A DNA stretch of 47,862 nucleotides. Origin: Planctomycetota bacterium. Lineage in GTDB: Bacteria > Planctomycetota > UBA1135 > UBA2386. Each line of letters opens with the position of its first letter. Position 1 is the stretch's first letter. Shown here in pieces: positions 16,482 to 26,300 of this stretch. A program made the translations under genes and the position numbers. Where the stretch lies: contig CANGSN010000001.1 of the NCBI GenBank assembly GCA_947455805.1, forward strand, positions 1 through 47,862. The letters are read 5' to 3'. Below the pieces are notes generated by a model, which was not told where the DNA came from, searched no databases, and worked only from the letters and a program-made list of their open reading frames with translations.

Positions 16482-17831
16482 TCAGATGTTCTGGAAGTGC
16501 AGCGATTCGGCGAGACGCGGGTCGCGGATCGGCACCAGGTTGGTGCGGCGCACGTTCCACAGCACGAAGCCGGCGACCAGCGCCAGCAGGCCGGCGAAGC
16601 AGCCGAAGTCGGCCCAGCACAGGCCGTGCGTGTACTTGCCGAGGTCCTCGCCGAAGTGCGACAGCGTGTAGCTGACGGATTCGGTCATGTTGCCGTGGCC
16701 CTTCTCGCCGGTGCCGCCGGCGTCGTGGCTGCCCTGGCTCGGCAGCACGAGGAACTGCATGTCGATGCAGTGGATGACCAGCAGGAAGATCGAGCCGACC
16801 GCGAGGCCGACGCTCGAGCGCTTGACGTGGCGCGACAGCAGGAAGGCGAACGGCAGCAGGAAGTGGCCGACGATCAGGATCGTGCCGACCGAGCCCCAGC
16901 CGTGGTGCAGGCGGTCTTCGAACCAGCGCGTTTCCTCCGGCAGGTTCGCGTACCAGATCAGCATGTACTGGCTGAAGTTCGTGTAGGTCCAGAACACCAT
17001 GAAGGTGAACAGGAACTTGCCGAGGTCGTGGTAGTGCTCGGTGGTGATCGCTTCCTTCAGGTAGCCCTGCTTGCCGAGGTAGCGGGCGAGCAGGATCGTG
17101 AAGGCGAAGAACGCCATGAAGCCGCCGGCGAAGTAGGCGACGCCGAAGATCGTGCTGAACCAGTGCGGGTCCAGCGACATCAGCCAGTCGAACGCGGCGA
17201 AGGTCACCGACAGCGCGAACAGCAGCAGGCCGGGCGCGGCGACGCGCGAGAGGTGCAGGCTGATCGCCGGGTCGCCGGTCTCGTCCTGCTTGATCGACTT
17301 GCCGCGGAAGTAGACGGCGAGGCCGATCCAGATCGCGAAGTAGATCGCGGCGCGCACGAAGAACGACGTGGCGTTGAGGTAGCTGGCCTTGCCGGCCAGC
17401 ACCTGGTCGAACTTCGGATCGGTCTCGGCGAGCAGCGCGTGGGTCACCGGGTCCTGGTTCGCGTGCGCCCAGTGGTGGAACAGCGTGTTGAAGCCGAGCG
17501 CGATCGGCAGGAACAGCACCGCCATCAGCGGCAGCGCCGCCGCGGTGTTCTCGGTCACGCGGCGCAGGGTCACGCTCCAGCCAGCGCGCGTGATGTGCTG
17601 CACCATCGTGAAGAACAGGGCGCCGAGGCAGATGCCCAGCACGCCCATGTAGGCGACGAGGTACGAGTGGTAGAAGTGCTTGCCGCTGAAGAAGGCGATG
17701 GCGAGCAGGACGGCGCCGACGGCCATCAGGCCCATCTGCGTCTTCGCGAGGTCGCCTTCCTTCACCTTGGCGGTGATCGTCGGTGCCAGGTCTTGCAGGC
17801 TCCGAGCCGTGTTCGATGCGATTGCGGTCAT
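16482..17831 (-). CDS. actF: Alternative Complex III subunit ActF (NrfD-like membrane subunit)
   Basis: 449 aa and about 10 TM helices. Its position after actE and its polytopic NrfD-like architecture match actC (similarity judged by eye, not aligned). Confidence 0.85.
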   Translation of the reverse strand: MTAIASNTARSLQDLAPTITAKVKEGDLAKTQMGLMAVGAVLLAIAFFSGKHFYHSYLVAYMGVLGICLGALFFTMVQHITRAGWSVTLRRVTENTAAALPLMAVLFLPIALGFNTLFHHWAHANQDPVTHALLAETDPKFDQVLAGKASYLNATSFFVRAAIYFAIWIGLAVYFRGKSIKQDETGDPAISLHLSRVAAPGLLLFALSVTFAAFDWLMSLDPHWFSTIFGVAYFAGGFMAFFAFTILLARYLGKQGYLKEAITTEHYHDLGKFLFTFMVFWTYTNFSQYMLIWYANLPEETRWFEDRLHHGWGSVGTILIVGHFLLPFAFLLSRHVKRSSVGLAVGSIFLLVIHCIDMQFLVLPSQGSHDAGGTGEKGHGNMTESVSYTLSHFGEDLGKYTHGLCWADFGCFAGLLALVAGFVLWNVRRTNLVPIRDPRLAESLHFQNI

Positions 17832-17853
17832 TGGCGGGCTCTCCGTTCCTCGA

Positions 17854-18516
17854 TCACTTGCTCAGTTGCTGCAGGGCGCGGATGTAGTGCACGATCGCCC
17901 AGCGGTCCTCGGGGCTGATGCGTGCGCCGTAGGCCGGCATCGTGCCCTTGCCGTTGACGATGACGTCGTAGAGCTCGCCGTCCGTGAGGTTGGCGACGCG
18001 GTTGTCCTTGCCGGCTTCCTTCTGCAGGTGGAAGGTCGGCACCATCACCGGCCAGCGGCGACCGACGAGGCCGTGCCCGTCGGTCGGGCTGTTGCCACCC
18101 TGGCCCGACGTGCCGTGGCAGATCGCGCAATGGATGTTGAAGCGCTCCTGGCCGCGCTCGATGACCGTGGTCTCACGGCCGAGGTGCATGACCTTCTGGT
18201 CCGTGGCGAGCGGGTTCTTGGTGACGAACTTGCCGGCGGCGTCCTTGTGCGCGAGCGCCGGGTTCGGCAGCGAGTCCTGGGCGACGACGATCTGGCGACC
18301 GAACGCGTCGGACACCGGCAGACGGCTCGCGCGCTTGTCGGTCCAGCCCTCGAACTGGGCCTCGGCCTGCGTGCGCAGCTTCTGCTGGAAGTCCATGTCG
18401 AGCACCAGGTGCACCGGCGGCTCGGACGAGATGCCGCCGCGCATGCAGCCGGCGAGGCCGAGGGCCATCGCGGCGAGCAGCAGCAAACAGGCCTTCACGG
18501 GGGACGTGCGAGTCAT
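17854..18516 (-). CDS. actE: Alternative Complex III monoheme cytochrome c lipoprotein ActE
   Basis: 220 aa with lipobox LGLAGC, a single CAICHG heme motif and a C-terminal WAIVHYIRALQ. Confidence 0.85.
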   Translation of the reverse strand: MTRTSPVKACLLLLAAMALGLAGCMRGGISSEPPVHLVLDMDFQQKLRTQAEAQFEGWTDKRASRLPVSDAFGRQIVVAQDSLPNPALAHKDAAGKFVTKNPLATDQKVMHLGRETTVIERGQERFNIHCAICHGTSGQGGNSPTDGHGLVGRRWPVMVPTFHLQKEAGKDNRVANLTDGELYDVIVNGKGTMPAYGARISPEDRWAIVHYIRALQQLSK

Positions 18517-18520
18517 CGGA

Positions 18521-19057
18521 TCAGTCCTCCACGATGGCGACGTTCTTGCCGCCGATGCTCTCGAGGAAGCGCGTGGTCTGCGCGCTGTCGAACTTGGGGT
18601 CCTTCGCCTCGACGGCGAGGAAGAAGCGATCGTCGGTCGCGCGCCAGAACGTGGCGTGCTGGAAGATCGGGTGGTGCAGGCGCGGCAGCTTGTTCAGGCC
18701 GAACATGCCGAACACCGCGCCGAGGCCGGAGAGCAGAACCATCAGCTCGAAGGTGATCGGGATGGTCGACGGCCAGGCATAGGGCTCCTTGCCGGACACC
18801 CAGATCGGGTAGTCGACCGCGTTCATCCAATACATCATCAGCTGCGCGAGGCAGATGCCGGTGATGCCGCAGCAGACGACGATCCAGCCGAGGTGGCTCG
18901 GACCCTGACGCAGCGCACGGTCGAGACCGTGCACGGGGAACGGCGTGTAGGCGTCCACGTGCGTGTAGCCCTGGGCAGTCGTCTTCTCCGCAGCGGTGTA
19001 GATCGCAGCGGCCGAGTCGAACTCGGCGACGACGCCCCACTTGTTGGTGTTGGCCAT
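18521..19057 (-). CDS. actD: Alternative Complex III subunit ActD (DUF3341-type)
   Basis: 178 aa with two central TM helices. Its position between actC and actE and its overall features fit ActD as I recall it. Confidence 0.82.
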   Translation of the reverse strand: MANTNKWGVVAEFDSAAAIYTAAEKTTAQGYTHVDAYTPFPVHGLDRALRQGPSHLGWIVVCCGITGICLAQLMMYWMNAVDYPIWVSGKEPYAWPSTIPITFELMVLLSGLGAVFGMFGLNKLPRLHHPIFQHATFWRATDDRFFLAVEAKDPKFDSAQTTRFLESIGGKNVAIVED

Positions 19058-19069
19058 GGGGTGATGTCC

Positions 19070-20518
19070 TCAGTGGTGCGCGTGCGCGTGCGCGTGCTGC
19101 GCGTGGGCGTGGTGGTCGTCGTGGCCGTGCCCGTGGTGCGGGTTGGCCTCCGGCATGACGCCCTTCACTTCGCTGATCGCGAGGATCGGCAGGAACCTGC
19201 AGAACAGCAGGAACATGGTGAAGAACAGACCGAAGCTGCCGGCGTAGGTCAGGATGTCGATCAGCGTCGGCGAGTAGTAACCCCAGCTCGAAGGCAGGAA
19301 GTCACGGTTCAGCGTCGAGATCGTGATCACGAAGCGCTCGAACCACATGCCGATGTTGACGAAGATCGAGATGACGAACAGCACCATCGGGCTGCGGCGC
19401 AGGCTTCGGATCCAGAAGAACTGCGGGCTGATGACGTTGCACCCGATCATGATCCAGTACGCCCACGCGTAGGGACCGATGGCGCGGTTGATGAAGGCGA
19501 ACTGCTCGTATTCGACACCGCTGTACCACGCGATGAAGAACTCCATCCCGTACGCGTAGCCGACCATGGTGCCGGTCAGCAGCAGGATCTTCGCGATGTT
19601 GTCGAGGTGGTTGAGCGTGATCAGCTCGTGCAGGCCGAGCCACTGACGCGCCGGGATCATCAGGGTCAGCACCATGCCGAACCCCGAGAAGATGGCGCCC
19701 GCGACGAAGTACGGCGGGAAGATCGTCGTGTGCCAGCCGGGCACCAGCGAGACGGCGAAGTCGAACGAGACGATCGAGTGCACGGACAGCACGAGCGGCG
19801 TGCTGAGGCCGGCCAGGATCATGTAGGCCTTCTCGTAGTTGATCCAGTGACGGTTGCTGCCCGTCCAGCCGAACGCGAACACGCCGTAGGCGCGCGCCGC
19901 GATCGTGCGACCGGCCTTGGCAGCGCGGTCGCGGAAGGTGGCGAGGTCCGGCACCAGGCCCACGAACCAGAACAGGGCCGAGATCGTGAAGTAGGTGCTG
20001 ACCGCGAACACGTCCCAGAGCAGCGGGCTCTTGAAGTTCGGCCACATCGCCATCTGGTTGGGCAGCGGGAACACCCAGTAGATGACCCAGATGCGTCCGA
20101 CGTGGATCGCCGGGAAGATGCCGGCCGCCATGACCGCGAAGATGGTCATGGCTTCGGACGCGCGGTTGATCGACGTGCGCCACTTCTGCCGGAACAGGAA
20201 GAGCACGGCGCTGATCAGCGTGCCGGCGTGGCCGATGCCGATCCAGAAGACGAAGTTGACGATCGGCCAGGCCCAGGCGACCGGGACGTTGTTGCCCCAG
20301 ACACCGACGCCGTTGAACACGAGGTAGCCGATCATCGCACCGAGGTTCAGCAGCAGCGCGACGCTGATGCCGAACATCAGGTACCAGCCACGCGGCGTCT
20401 TCCGCTCGGCGACACCGGCGATGATGTTGGTGACCGACGTGAAGTCGTTCTTGCCCTCGACGAGGGGCGCGCGAACCAGCGGGTTCTCCGGCTCGTCGAC
20501 AACTGGGATGGCGGTCAT
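19070..20518 (-). CDS. actC: Alternative Complex III quinol-interacting membrane subunit ActC (NrfD/PsrC-like)
   Basis: 482 aa, about 10 TM helices, NrfD-like. It carries an unusual C-terminal tail, [24 protein letters not shown]. Confidence 0.9.
   Translation of the reverse strand: MTAIPVVDEPENPLVRAPLVEGKNDFTSVTNIIAGVAERKTPRGWYLMFGISVALLLNLGAMIGYLVFNGVGVWGNNVPVAWAWPIVNFVFWIGIGHAGTLISAVLFLFRQKWRTSINRASEAMTIFAVMAAGIFPAIHVGRIWVIYWVFPLPNQMAMWPNFKSPLLWDVFAVSTYFTISALFWFVGLVPDLATFRDRAAKAGRTIAARAYGVFAFGWTGSNRHWINYEKAYMILAGLSTPLVLSVHSIVSFDFAVSLVPGWHTTIFPPYFVAGAIFSGFGMVLTLMIPARQWLGLHELITLNHLDNIAKILLLTGTMVGYAYGMEFFIAWYSGVEYEQFAFINRAIGPYAWAYWIMIGCNVISPQFFWIRSLRRSPMVLFVISIFVNIGMWFERFVITISTLNRDFLPSSWGYYSPTLIDILTYAGSFGLFFTMFLLFCRFLPILAISEVKGVMPEANPHHGHGHDDHHAHAQHAHAHAHH
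19073..19141. repeat. Imperfect hexanucleotide tract: (GTGCGC)x3 exact at 19076-19093, then GTG at every second or third codon
   Basis: gtggtgcgcgtgcgcgtgcgcgtgctgcgcgtgggcgtggtggtcgtcgtggccgtgcccgtggtg encodes the His/Ala tail of ActC on the minus strand. Confidence 0.7.
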
Positions 20519-20522
20519 CGGA

Positions 20523-23500
20523 TCAGGCCAGCTCGGTTTGGAGTTCGGGGTTCGGGTTGCGGACGCGACCCAGGTAGGTGGTGCGCGGCTTCGTGTTCAG
20601 CTCGGACAGGAGGCCGTAGTTCAGGTCGAGGTTCTTGAGCTTCGCGACCTTGCTGGCGGTCTCGATGATGTTGCCGAAGGTGATGGCCTGCGTCGGGCAG
20701 GCCTGGGCGCACGCGGTGGTGACCCGCACGTCCTTCTCGCCGTCGCCGACCATCTTGCCGGCGAGCTTCGCCTGGATGCGGCCGCCGTTGATGCGCTGCA
20801 CGCAGAACGTGCACTTCTCCATCACGCCGCGGTGCCGGATCGTGACGTCCGGGTTGAACGACATGCGCTTCGTGTCCGGCGCGTTCCCGACGTAGTCGAG
20901 GTAGTTGTAGCGGCGGACCTTGTAGGGGCAGTTGTTGCTGCAGTAGCGCGTGCCGATGCAGCGGTTGTAGACCATGTCGTTGAGGCCGTCGGGGCTGTGC
21001 ACGGTCGCGGCGACCGGGCACACCGACTCGCAGGGCGCGTTCTCGCACTGCATGCAGGGCACCGGCATGTTGTGCACCTGCGGGTCCTCGACGTGGTTGA
21101 GCTTGTCCTCGTGCGTGCGCTCCGACTTCTTCTTCGTGTCGGCGGGCGACGTGAAGTAGCGGTCGGCGCGGATCCAGAACATCTCGCGGTTGCGCGAGAC
21201 CTGGACCTTGCCCACCATCGGGATGTTGTTCTCGGCGACGCAGGCGACGACGCACGCGCTGCAACCCGTGCAGGCGTTCAGGTCGATCACCATGCCCCAC
21301 TGGTAGGGCGAACGCTTGACCTCGGCGTCGTTGCGGGTCGGCTCGTAGCGCTCGGTCCAGAGTGACTTCGCGAGGCTCTCCTCCTTCTGCGGCTTGCCAT
21401 CCTTGCCCGTCTTCAGCGCGGCCGCCTGGTCGAGCGGCGACTGCTTCGGCGCCCAGCGCGAGTCCTTCTTGTTGCCCGCCACCGTCGTCTCGCGCACCAG
21501 GGCGCGGCCGACCATCGTGCCGTGCTCCTGCGTGCAGACGAGCTGGTGCTTGCCCTGGCCGCGTGCGACCTTGGCGCCGGCCACCAGCCACTGCGCGTTC
21601 AGCGTGCGCAGCGGGTAGGCGTCGAAGCCGTGCTCGTTGGCGACCTTGCAGTGCGGGAGCTTGCGGCCCCAGCCGAGGTGGATGGTGATGCTGTCGTCGG
21701 CGTGGCCAGGCACGATCCACGCGGGGATCTGCATCTGCTGCGCACCCTCGCCGATCGTCAGCAGGTCGCCGTTCTCGACGTTGAGGTCGCGCGCCGTCTT
21801 CATGCTGACGTGCGCGGCGTTGTCCCAGCTCAGCTTCGACAGCGGCTCGGGGATCTCCTGCATCCACGAGTTGTTGGCGTAGCGGCCGTCGCCCATCTTC
21901 GCGCAGCCGCGCAGCACGACTTCGGTGCCGGCAGGCTTCGTCCACGCCTTGACGCCAGCGGTGATCGCGCCGAACGCCAGCGCCGGCGTCTTCGCCGCGA
22001 GCTTGTTGTTCGGCGTGTTGGCCGGGGCGATGCCGTCGTGCAGCGTCTTGGTCCACCAGGCTTCGAAGCTGGCGCCGGCGACGCCCTGCCAGTGCGACTG
22101 CACCAACGAGTAGCCGAACGTGGTGTCGTGGTTGACGAAGAACAGGTCCTCGTCACCCTCCTGGATGTCGCCGTTCAGCAGGCCGAGGAACTCGAGGGCG
22201 CTGGTGCCGCCGTGCAGCGGCGCGACCAGCGGCTGCTGCAGCGAGACCGTGCCGTCGTGCGCCCGCGCGTCGCCCCAGGTCTCGAGCTCGTGCGCGAGCG
22301 GGAAGTGCCAGTCGGCGAACGCTGCGGTCTCGTCCTCGTGCAGACCGAGGTGGATGGTGACCAGCGAGCCCTTCGCGGCCTTCAGCTTGTCGCCGAACTT
22401 CAGGTCGGCGGGCGCGTCGTAGACCGGGTTGGTGCCGAGGCAGAGCAGCAGCGTGCACGCCTTGGTCTCGATCGCCGTCGCGAGGTCCTGGATCGACTTC
22501 TTCGCCAACGTGCCGCGGCCTTCGGCAACGGCGCTGTAGCTGACGGTCTTGCCGACGTTCTCGAGGGCCGCGTTGATCGCGTGCACCACGGCGTGCACCG
22601 CCGCGGGCTGGCGCGGACCGGCGACGACGAGGCAACGACCGCGGGCCGACTGCAGGTCCTTGGCGACCGCGTCCAACCAGTTCTTGCCAGCCTTCGTGGT
22701 GAAGCCGGCGGAGCCGTACGACGCGAGCGCGTCGCCGAGGTCGGCGCCGGTCACGCCCAGGGCCTTCGCCAGCGCGAACGCGACCGCCGGGATCTCGCCG
22801 CTCTTGGTGCGGAAGCGGTGGTCGGCGGCGGTGCCGGTCGTCGTGTAGCTCGACTCGACGACGTAGAGGCGCGACAGCTTGCGGCCGCTGGCCTCCAGGG
22901 TCTTCGCATCGGGCTCGCGGCGCGTGTCAGCCCACTGGCGGGCGCTGACGAGGTTGTTGCCGTCGCTGGCGAGGAAGTCGCTGTCGAGCGACAGCACGAC
23001 CTCGGCCTTGCTGAAGTCGTGGTGCGTCGCGACCGGCTCGCCGAACGCCATCTGCGCGCCCTCGAGCTCGTTGTCGAGGTGCAGCGCGTTCCAGAAGTGG
23101 AACTTGGCCTTCGCCATGGCGCCGGCCTTCATGCCGGCGATCTTGCCCTGCAGCGACGGCGACGACGTCAGCGGCAGCAGCACGTGCAGGCCTTCGCCCT
23201 GCGCGTTCACCAGCTTCTTCCACTGCTCGCCCTCGAGCCAGCCACGGAACGCCGTCCACACCTTGTCGTCGTCGGCCTTGGTCGGGCCATGGCCGTGGTC
23301 GCCGTGCGCACCGTGCGCGTGCCCGTCGGCCGCATGCTTCTTCGCCGCTTCCTCGCGCATCGCCGCGCTGAACGGGTGGCGGCTGCGGTTCGGATCGTAG
23401 AGCTGCAGCAGTTCGGCCTGCAGCTGCAGGTCGCTGCCGCCGAGGCTGCCCGGGTGCGCGGCGTTGCCCTCGATCTTGGTCGGGCGGCCGTCGCTGCTCT

Positions 23501-23837
23501 TCACCACGACGCCGATGCCGAAGCCGTTGCGCGTCAGCGTCGTCGCGTAGAACGACGGCAAGCCGGCCTTGTAGCCCTCGGGCGACTTGTTGAACGGCAG
23601 GATCTTGGTGACCGGCTTGCGGCAGCTGGTCAGACCAGCGAGCGCCACCGAAGCGGCGACGGCACTGAGGAAGCCGCGACGCGACACCGCGTCGGGAGCC
23701 TCGGTGATGCCCTCGGGGAACTCACGCTGCAGCGCTTCCTGGAACTCGGGAGTGTTCTCGAGTTCGCCGAGGCTGCGCCAGTAGGTCGTCTCGCTCATGG
23801 TCGAGTCAGCGGTCTGCTGGGTCGGGACGGTGGTCAT
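20523..23837 (-). CDS. actB: Alternative Complex III subunit ActB (molybdopterin-oxidoreductase-like domain fused to an Fe-S domain)
   Basis: 1104-aa part of track ORF 20523-24161, starting at ATG 23837 ([12 protein letters not shown]...). Twin-arginine signal [18 protein letters not shown]. Ferredoxin-type clusters [25 protein letters not shown] and [19 protein letters not shown]. The start overlaps the actA stop as ATGA. Confidence 0.92.
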   Translation of the reverse strand: MTTVPTQQTADSTMSETTYWRSLGELENTPEFQEALQREFPEGITEAPDAVSRRGFLSAVAASVALAGLTSCRKPVTKILPFNKSPEGYKAGLPSFYATTLTRNGFGIGVVVKSSDGRPTKIEGNAAHPGSLGGSDLQLQAELLQLYDPNRSRHPFSAAMREEAAKKHAADGHAHGAHGDHGHGPTKADDDKVWTAFRGWLEGEQWKKLVNAQGEGLHVLLPLTSSPSLQGKIAGMKAGAMAKAKFHFWNALHLDNELEGAQMAFGEPVATHHDFSKAEVVLSLDSDFLASDGNNLVSARQWADTRREPDAKTLEASGRKLSRLYVVESSYTTTGTAADHRFRTKSGEIPAVAFALAKALGVTGADLGDALASYGSAGFTTKAGKNWLDAVAKDLQSARGRCLVVAGPRQPAAVHAVVHAINAALENVGKTVSYSAVAEGRGTLAKKSIQDLATAIETKACTLLLCLGTNPVYDAPADLKFGDKLKAAKGSLVTIHLGLHEDETAAFADWHFPLAHELETWGDARAHDGTVSLQQPLVAPLHGGTSALEFLGLLNGDIQEGDEDLFFVNHDTTFGYSLVQSHWQGVAGASFEAWWTKTLHDGIAPANTPNNKLAAKTPALAFGAITAGVKAWTKPAGTEVVLRGCAKMGDGRYANNSWMQEIPEPLSKLSWDNAAHVSMKTARDLNVENGDLLTIGEGAQQMQIPAWIVPGHADDSITIHLGWGRKLPHCKVANEHGFDAYPLRTLNAQWLVAGAKVARGQGKHQLVCTQEHGTMVGRALVRETTVAGNKKDSRWAPKQSPLDQAAALKTGKDGKPQKEESLAKSLWTERYEPTRNDAEVKRSPYQWGMVIDLNACTGCSACVVACVAENNIPMVGKVQVSRNREMFWIRADRYFTSPADTKKKSERTHEDKLNHVEDPQVHNMPVPCMQCENAPCESVCPVAATVHSPDGLNDMVYNRCIGTRYCSNNCPYKVRRYNYLDYVGNAPDTKRMSFNPDVTIRHRGVMEKCTFCVQRINGGRIQAKLAGKMVGDGEKDVRVTTACAQACPTQAITFGNIIETASKVAKLKNLDLNYGLLSELNTKPRTTYLGRVRNPNPELQTELA

Positions 23838-24514
23838 CGGTGGCACGCCCCGCAGTGGGTCGGAGGGTTGAGCGCCGGGAACTTGTCGGTCCCCTGTGGC
23901 TCGAGCAGCTTCTTCGCCGCGGCGATGCTGGCCTCGGTCGGCTTCCAGTCCATGTCGGTCACCGAGATGCCGGCCGGCCGGACGTGCGGCGTCGGATCGC
24001 GGTGGCACTCGAGGCACCAGCCCATGCTCAGCGGCTGGTCCTGGCGCACGATCTCCATCTCGTGGATGGGGCCGTGGCAGCTGGCGCAGCCGACGTTCGC
24101 GCGGACGTGGACCGCGTGGTTGAAGTAGGCATACTCCGGCAGCATGTGGACCTTGATCCACTCGATCGGCTTGTTGCTGGCCGTGCCGTCGCCGTAGGCC
24201 TCACGCAGTGGCGCGAGGGCTTCGCTGTCCTTCTTGACCTGCAGGTGGCAACCCATGCACGTCGCAGCGTCCGGCACGGTGGCGTGCGGGCCTTCGTCGA
24301 CCATGCGGTGGCAGTAGCGGCAGTCCATGCCGAGGCCGCCCGCGTGCAGCTTGTGGCTGTAGGCGATCGGTTGGTACGGCGCGTAGCCCACGTCGGTGTG
24401 CTTCGGCGAGAACCAGAAGTTGACGACGAACACCACGGTGAGACCAGCAGCGGCGGCACCGAGCGCGAGCACGGTGGGAAGCTTGTTGGTCCACTTCGGG
24501 AACAGAAGGGTCAA
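23834..24514 (-). CDS. actA: Alternative Complex III pentaheme cytochrome c ActA
   Basis: 226 aa with a TTG start, GGAGG 9 nt upstream and an N-terminal TM anchor. Five CxxCH motifs: CRYCH, CMGCH, CASCH, CLECH and CGACH. Confidence 0.9.
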   Translation of the reverse strand: MTLLFPKWTNKLPTVLALGAAAAGLTVVFVVNFWFSPKHTDVGYAPYQPIAYSHKLHAGGLGMDCRYCHRMVDEGPHATVPDAATCMGCHLQVKKDSEALAPLREAYGDGTASNKPIEWIKVHMLPEYAYFNHAVHVRANVGCASCHGPIHEMEIVRQDQPLSMGWCLECHRDPTPHVRPAGISVTDMDWKPTEASIAAAKKLLEPQGTDKFPALNPPTHCGACHR

Positions 24515-24802
24515 GGTGCATCCCCTCCGCAGTAGCGGGGACAGGTTGCGGTCTGAAAGAATCGACGCGTCCGCTGACGGTCGACTCGTCGGCGGCGCGC
24601 TGCACGGGAGCTCGGCTCGAACCGCAGCACGTGCTCACGCGTTCCAACGACTGACCGTGACGACCGCGTGACGGTCATCTCGAAAGCCATGGGAGCGAGG
24701 GAGCAGAGAGGCCGGGCCCGAGGGGCGGCCCCTGTAAAAGAACGGTGCCGCCCGGTCAATTTCAGAGTTCTGAGTTTCGCGGTTGAAAGGTGCGTAGGGG
24801 TG

Positions 24803-24820
24803 CGGGGCTTCGCGGCCCCG
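24803..24820 (-). terminator. Candidate GC-rich terminator hairpin downstream of the SGNH gene
   Basis: cggggc-ttcgcg-gccccg has a 6-bp all-GC stem. It lies 115 nt past the 24935 stop on the minus strand. No clear U-tract. Confidence 0.3.
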
Positions 24821-24934
24821 GCCGGCAGCTTGCGCAAGTCGTGATGCCGCACGAGAAGGCGACTGCAGCGCCTCGTTTTCGCATCCTCGTCAGCGTCTCC
24901 ACAACGGGCTCCGGCACGCTGTGGAGAACGGCGG

Positions 24935-26299
24935 TCAGCGTCGCCACGCAGCGCGCAGCGCGGCGGCGATCCGCCCGGCCGCGAGCCGGTGCGCGCGCGG
25001 ATTCGGATGCATGTCCGCCGGGCTCACCCACAGGTCTTCTTGCGGTGTGCCGCGCAGTGCTGGCAGCACGTCGACGAACGGGATGCCGGCGGCTTCGCAG
25101 TCGGCGGCGACGAGCTGGTGCAGGCGCTCGAACGGGTACGTTCGACCTTCCCCAAGTCCCTGCAGGAAGGGCCATAGCACCACCAGCATCGGGATCGACC
25201 GGGCCTTGCAGAAGGCCTGGATCGCGCGCAGGTCGCGCTGCGGGCCACCCTGTGACCACATGTCCGCGAACGGCTGGTCGTCGCGGTAGAGGAACGCCGC
25301 TTCCCCCTCGCCCTGCGGCAGCTTCAGCAGCAGGTCGACCCAGTCGACGGCCGGGTCGAGGTCGAGCGCGCTGCGCTTCGGCTTGCCCTGCAGCGCCTCG
25401 GCGAAGCTGGTCTCGCCGGCCGGCGCGATCACCGACAGGCCGCTGCTCGGCACCAGGTCGTTCAGGCACAGCCCCACCACCACGGCGTCGGGACCGAGCG
25501 CGGCGAAGCGGTGCAGCAGACCCGCCGCATACTCGTCGACGCAGTTGGTGCCGGCGGCGCCGCAGTTGACGGTGCGCACGTCCCCGCGATCGGTGCGCAG
25601 GTCGTCCTCGAGCAGGCGCACCCAGCCCAGCTCCTCCGGCACGCCCCAGCCGAACGTCATCGAGTCGCCGACACACAGCACGCGCTGCTGTCCGGCCGGC
25701 TTCGGCACCGTCGTCACCTCGGGCCGTTCGCGCAGCCCGTTGCCCTCGAGGCGCACCGGCACGCGGCCGTGCTGGTCGAACCAGTCGCGGCGCAGCTGGT
25801 CGTTGTCGCGGTAGCAGAGGAAGAAGCTCTGGTTCGGGGCGATGCGCAGACGCGGGCGCGGCAGCTGCACGCCGACCTCGCCGGGCACCGGCACGATGAA
25901 GCTGCGGGCCATCAGCTCGGCGAACTGCGACGGCGCGAAGCGTTCGCCGTCCGGCGTCTCGTAGCCGAACTCGCCCAGCAATCCGCCGCTGCGTGGCCAG
26001 CCGACCCGCCGCAGCACTTCGTCGTGCGTGCTGCGCAGCACCACGGTCAGCCAGGACGTCTCCTTCAGGTGGCGGTCGAACTGGTCCATCCACTCGCCGC
26101 TGAGCACTTCGTCGGTGGTGAAGGCGGGCAACGGTGCCGGCGTCGCCGCCGGTGCCGGGGCGACGAGGCGCAGCAGCGGCACGGCGGCGATCAGCGCGCC
26201 GAACGCGATGCCGCACCAGCGTGCGGTGCGACGCTGGGCTGGCGACCAGGCGGGGATCGCCTCGAACCACTCGCCTTGCGGGGTGTCGTCGTGCGCCAT
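24935..26299 (-). CDS. Membrane-anchored SGNH/GDSL-family hydrolase/acyltransferase, partner of the MBOAT protein
   Basis: 454 aa with an N-terminal TM helix (WCGIAFGALIAAVPLLRLV), GDS block VLCVGDSMTFGWG and a later LCLNDL block. Its start lies 2 nt after the MBOAT stop. Confidence 0.78.
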   Translation of the reverse strand: MAHDDTPQGEWFEAIPAWSPAQRRTARWCGIAFGALIAAVPLLRLVAPAPAATPAPLPAFTTDEVLSGEWMDQFDRHLKETSWLTVVLRSTHDEVLRRVGWPRSGGLLGEFGYETPDGERFAPSQFAELMARSFIVPVPGEVGVQLPRPRLRIAPNQSFFLCYRDNDQLRRDWFDQHGRVPVRLEGNGLRERPEVTTVPKPAGQQRVLCVGDSMTFGWGVPEELGWVRLLEDDLRTDRGDVRTVNCGAAGTNCVDEYAAGLLHRFAALGPDAVVVGLCLNDLVPSSGLSVIAPAGETSFAEALQGKPKRSALDLDPAVDWVDLLLKLPQGEGEAAFLYRDDQPFADMWSQGGPQRDLRAIQAFCKARSIPMLVVLWPFLQGLGEGRTYPFERLHQLVAADCEAAGIPFVDVLPALRGTPQEDLWVSPADMHPNPRAHRLAAGRIAAALRAAWRR

Positions 26300-26300
26300 G

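Noticed and set aside
12428-24128. Series of very long plus-strand ORFs opposite the cta/act genes: 12428-14272, 14067-15191, 16413-17918, 17984-20638, 20367-21365 and 21522-24128
   Set aside because: All are Arg/Asp/His/Gly-rich low-complexity translations antisense to strongly supported respiratory genes. None has a plausible start context.
24511-24852. 113-aa minus-strand ORF, and the plus/minus ORFs 24762-26270 and 24790-25569, in and around the act upstream region
   Set aside because: Their composition is basic and Arg/Pro-rich with no motifs. I treated the region as a non-coding leader or promoter, or as the shadow of the SGNH gene.
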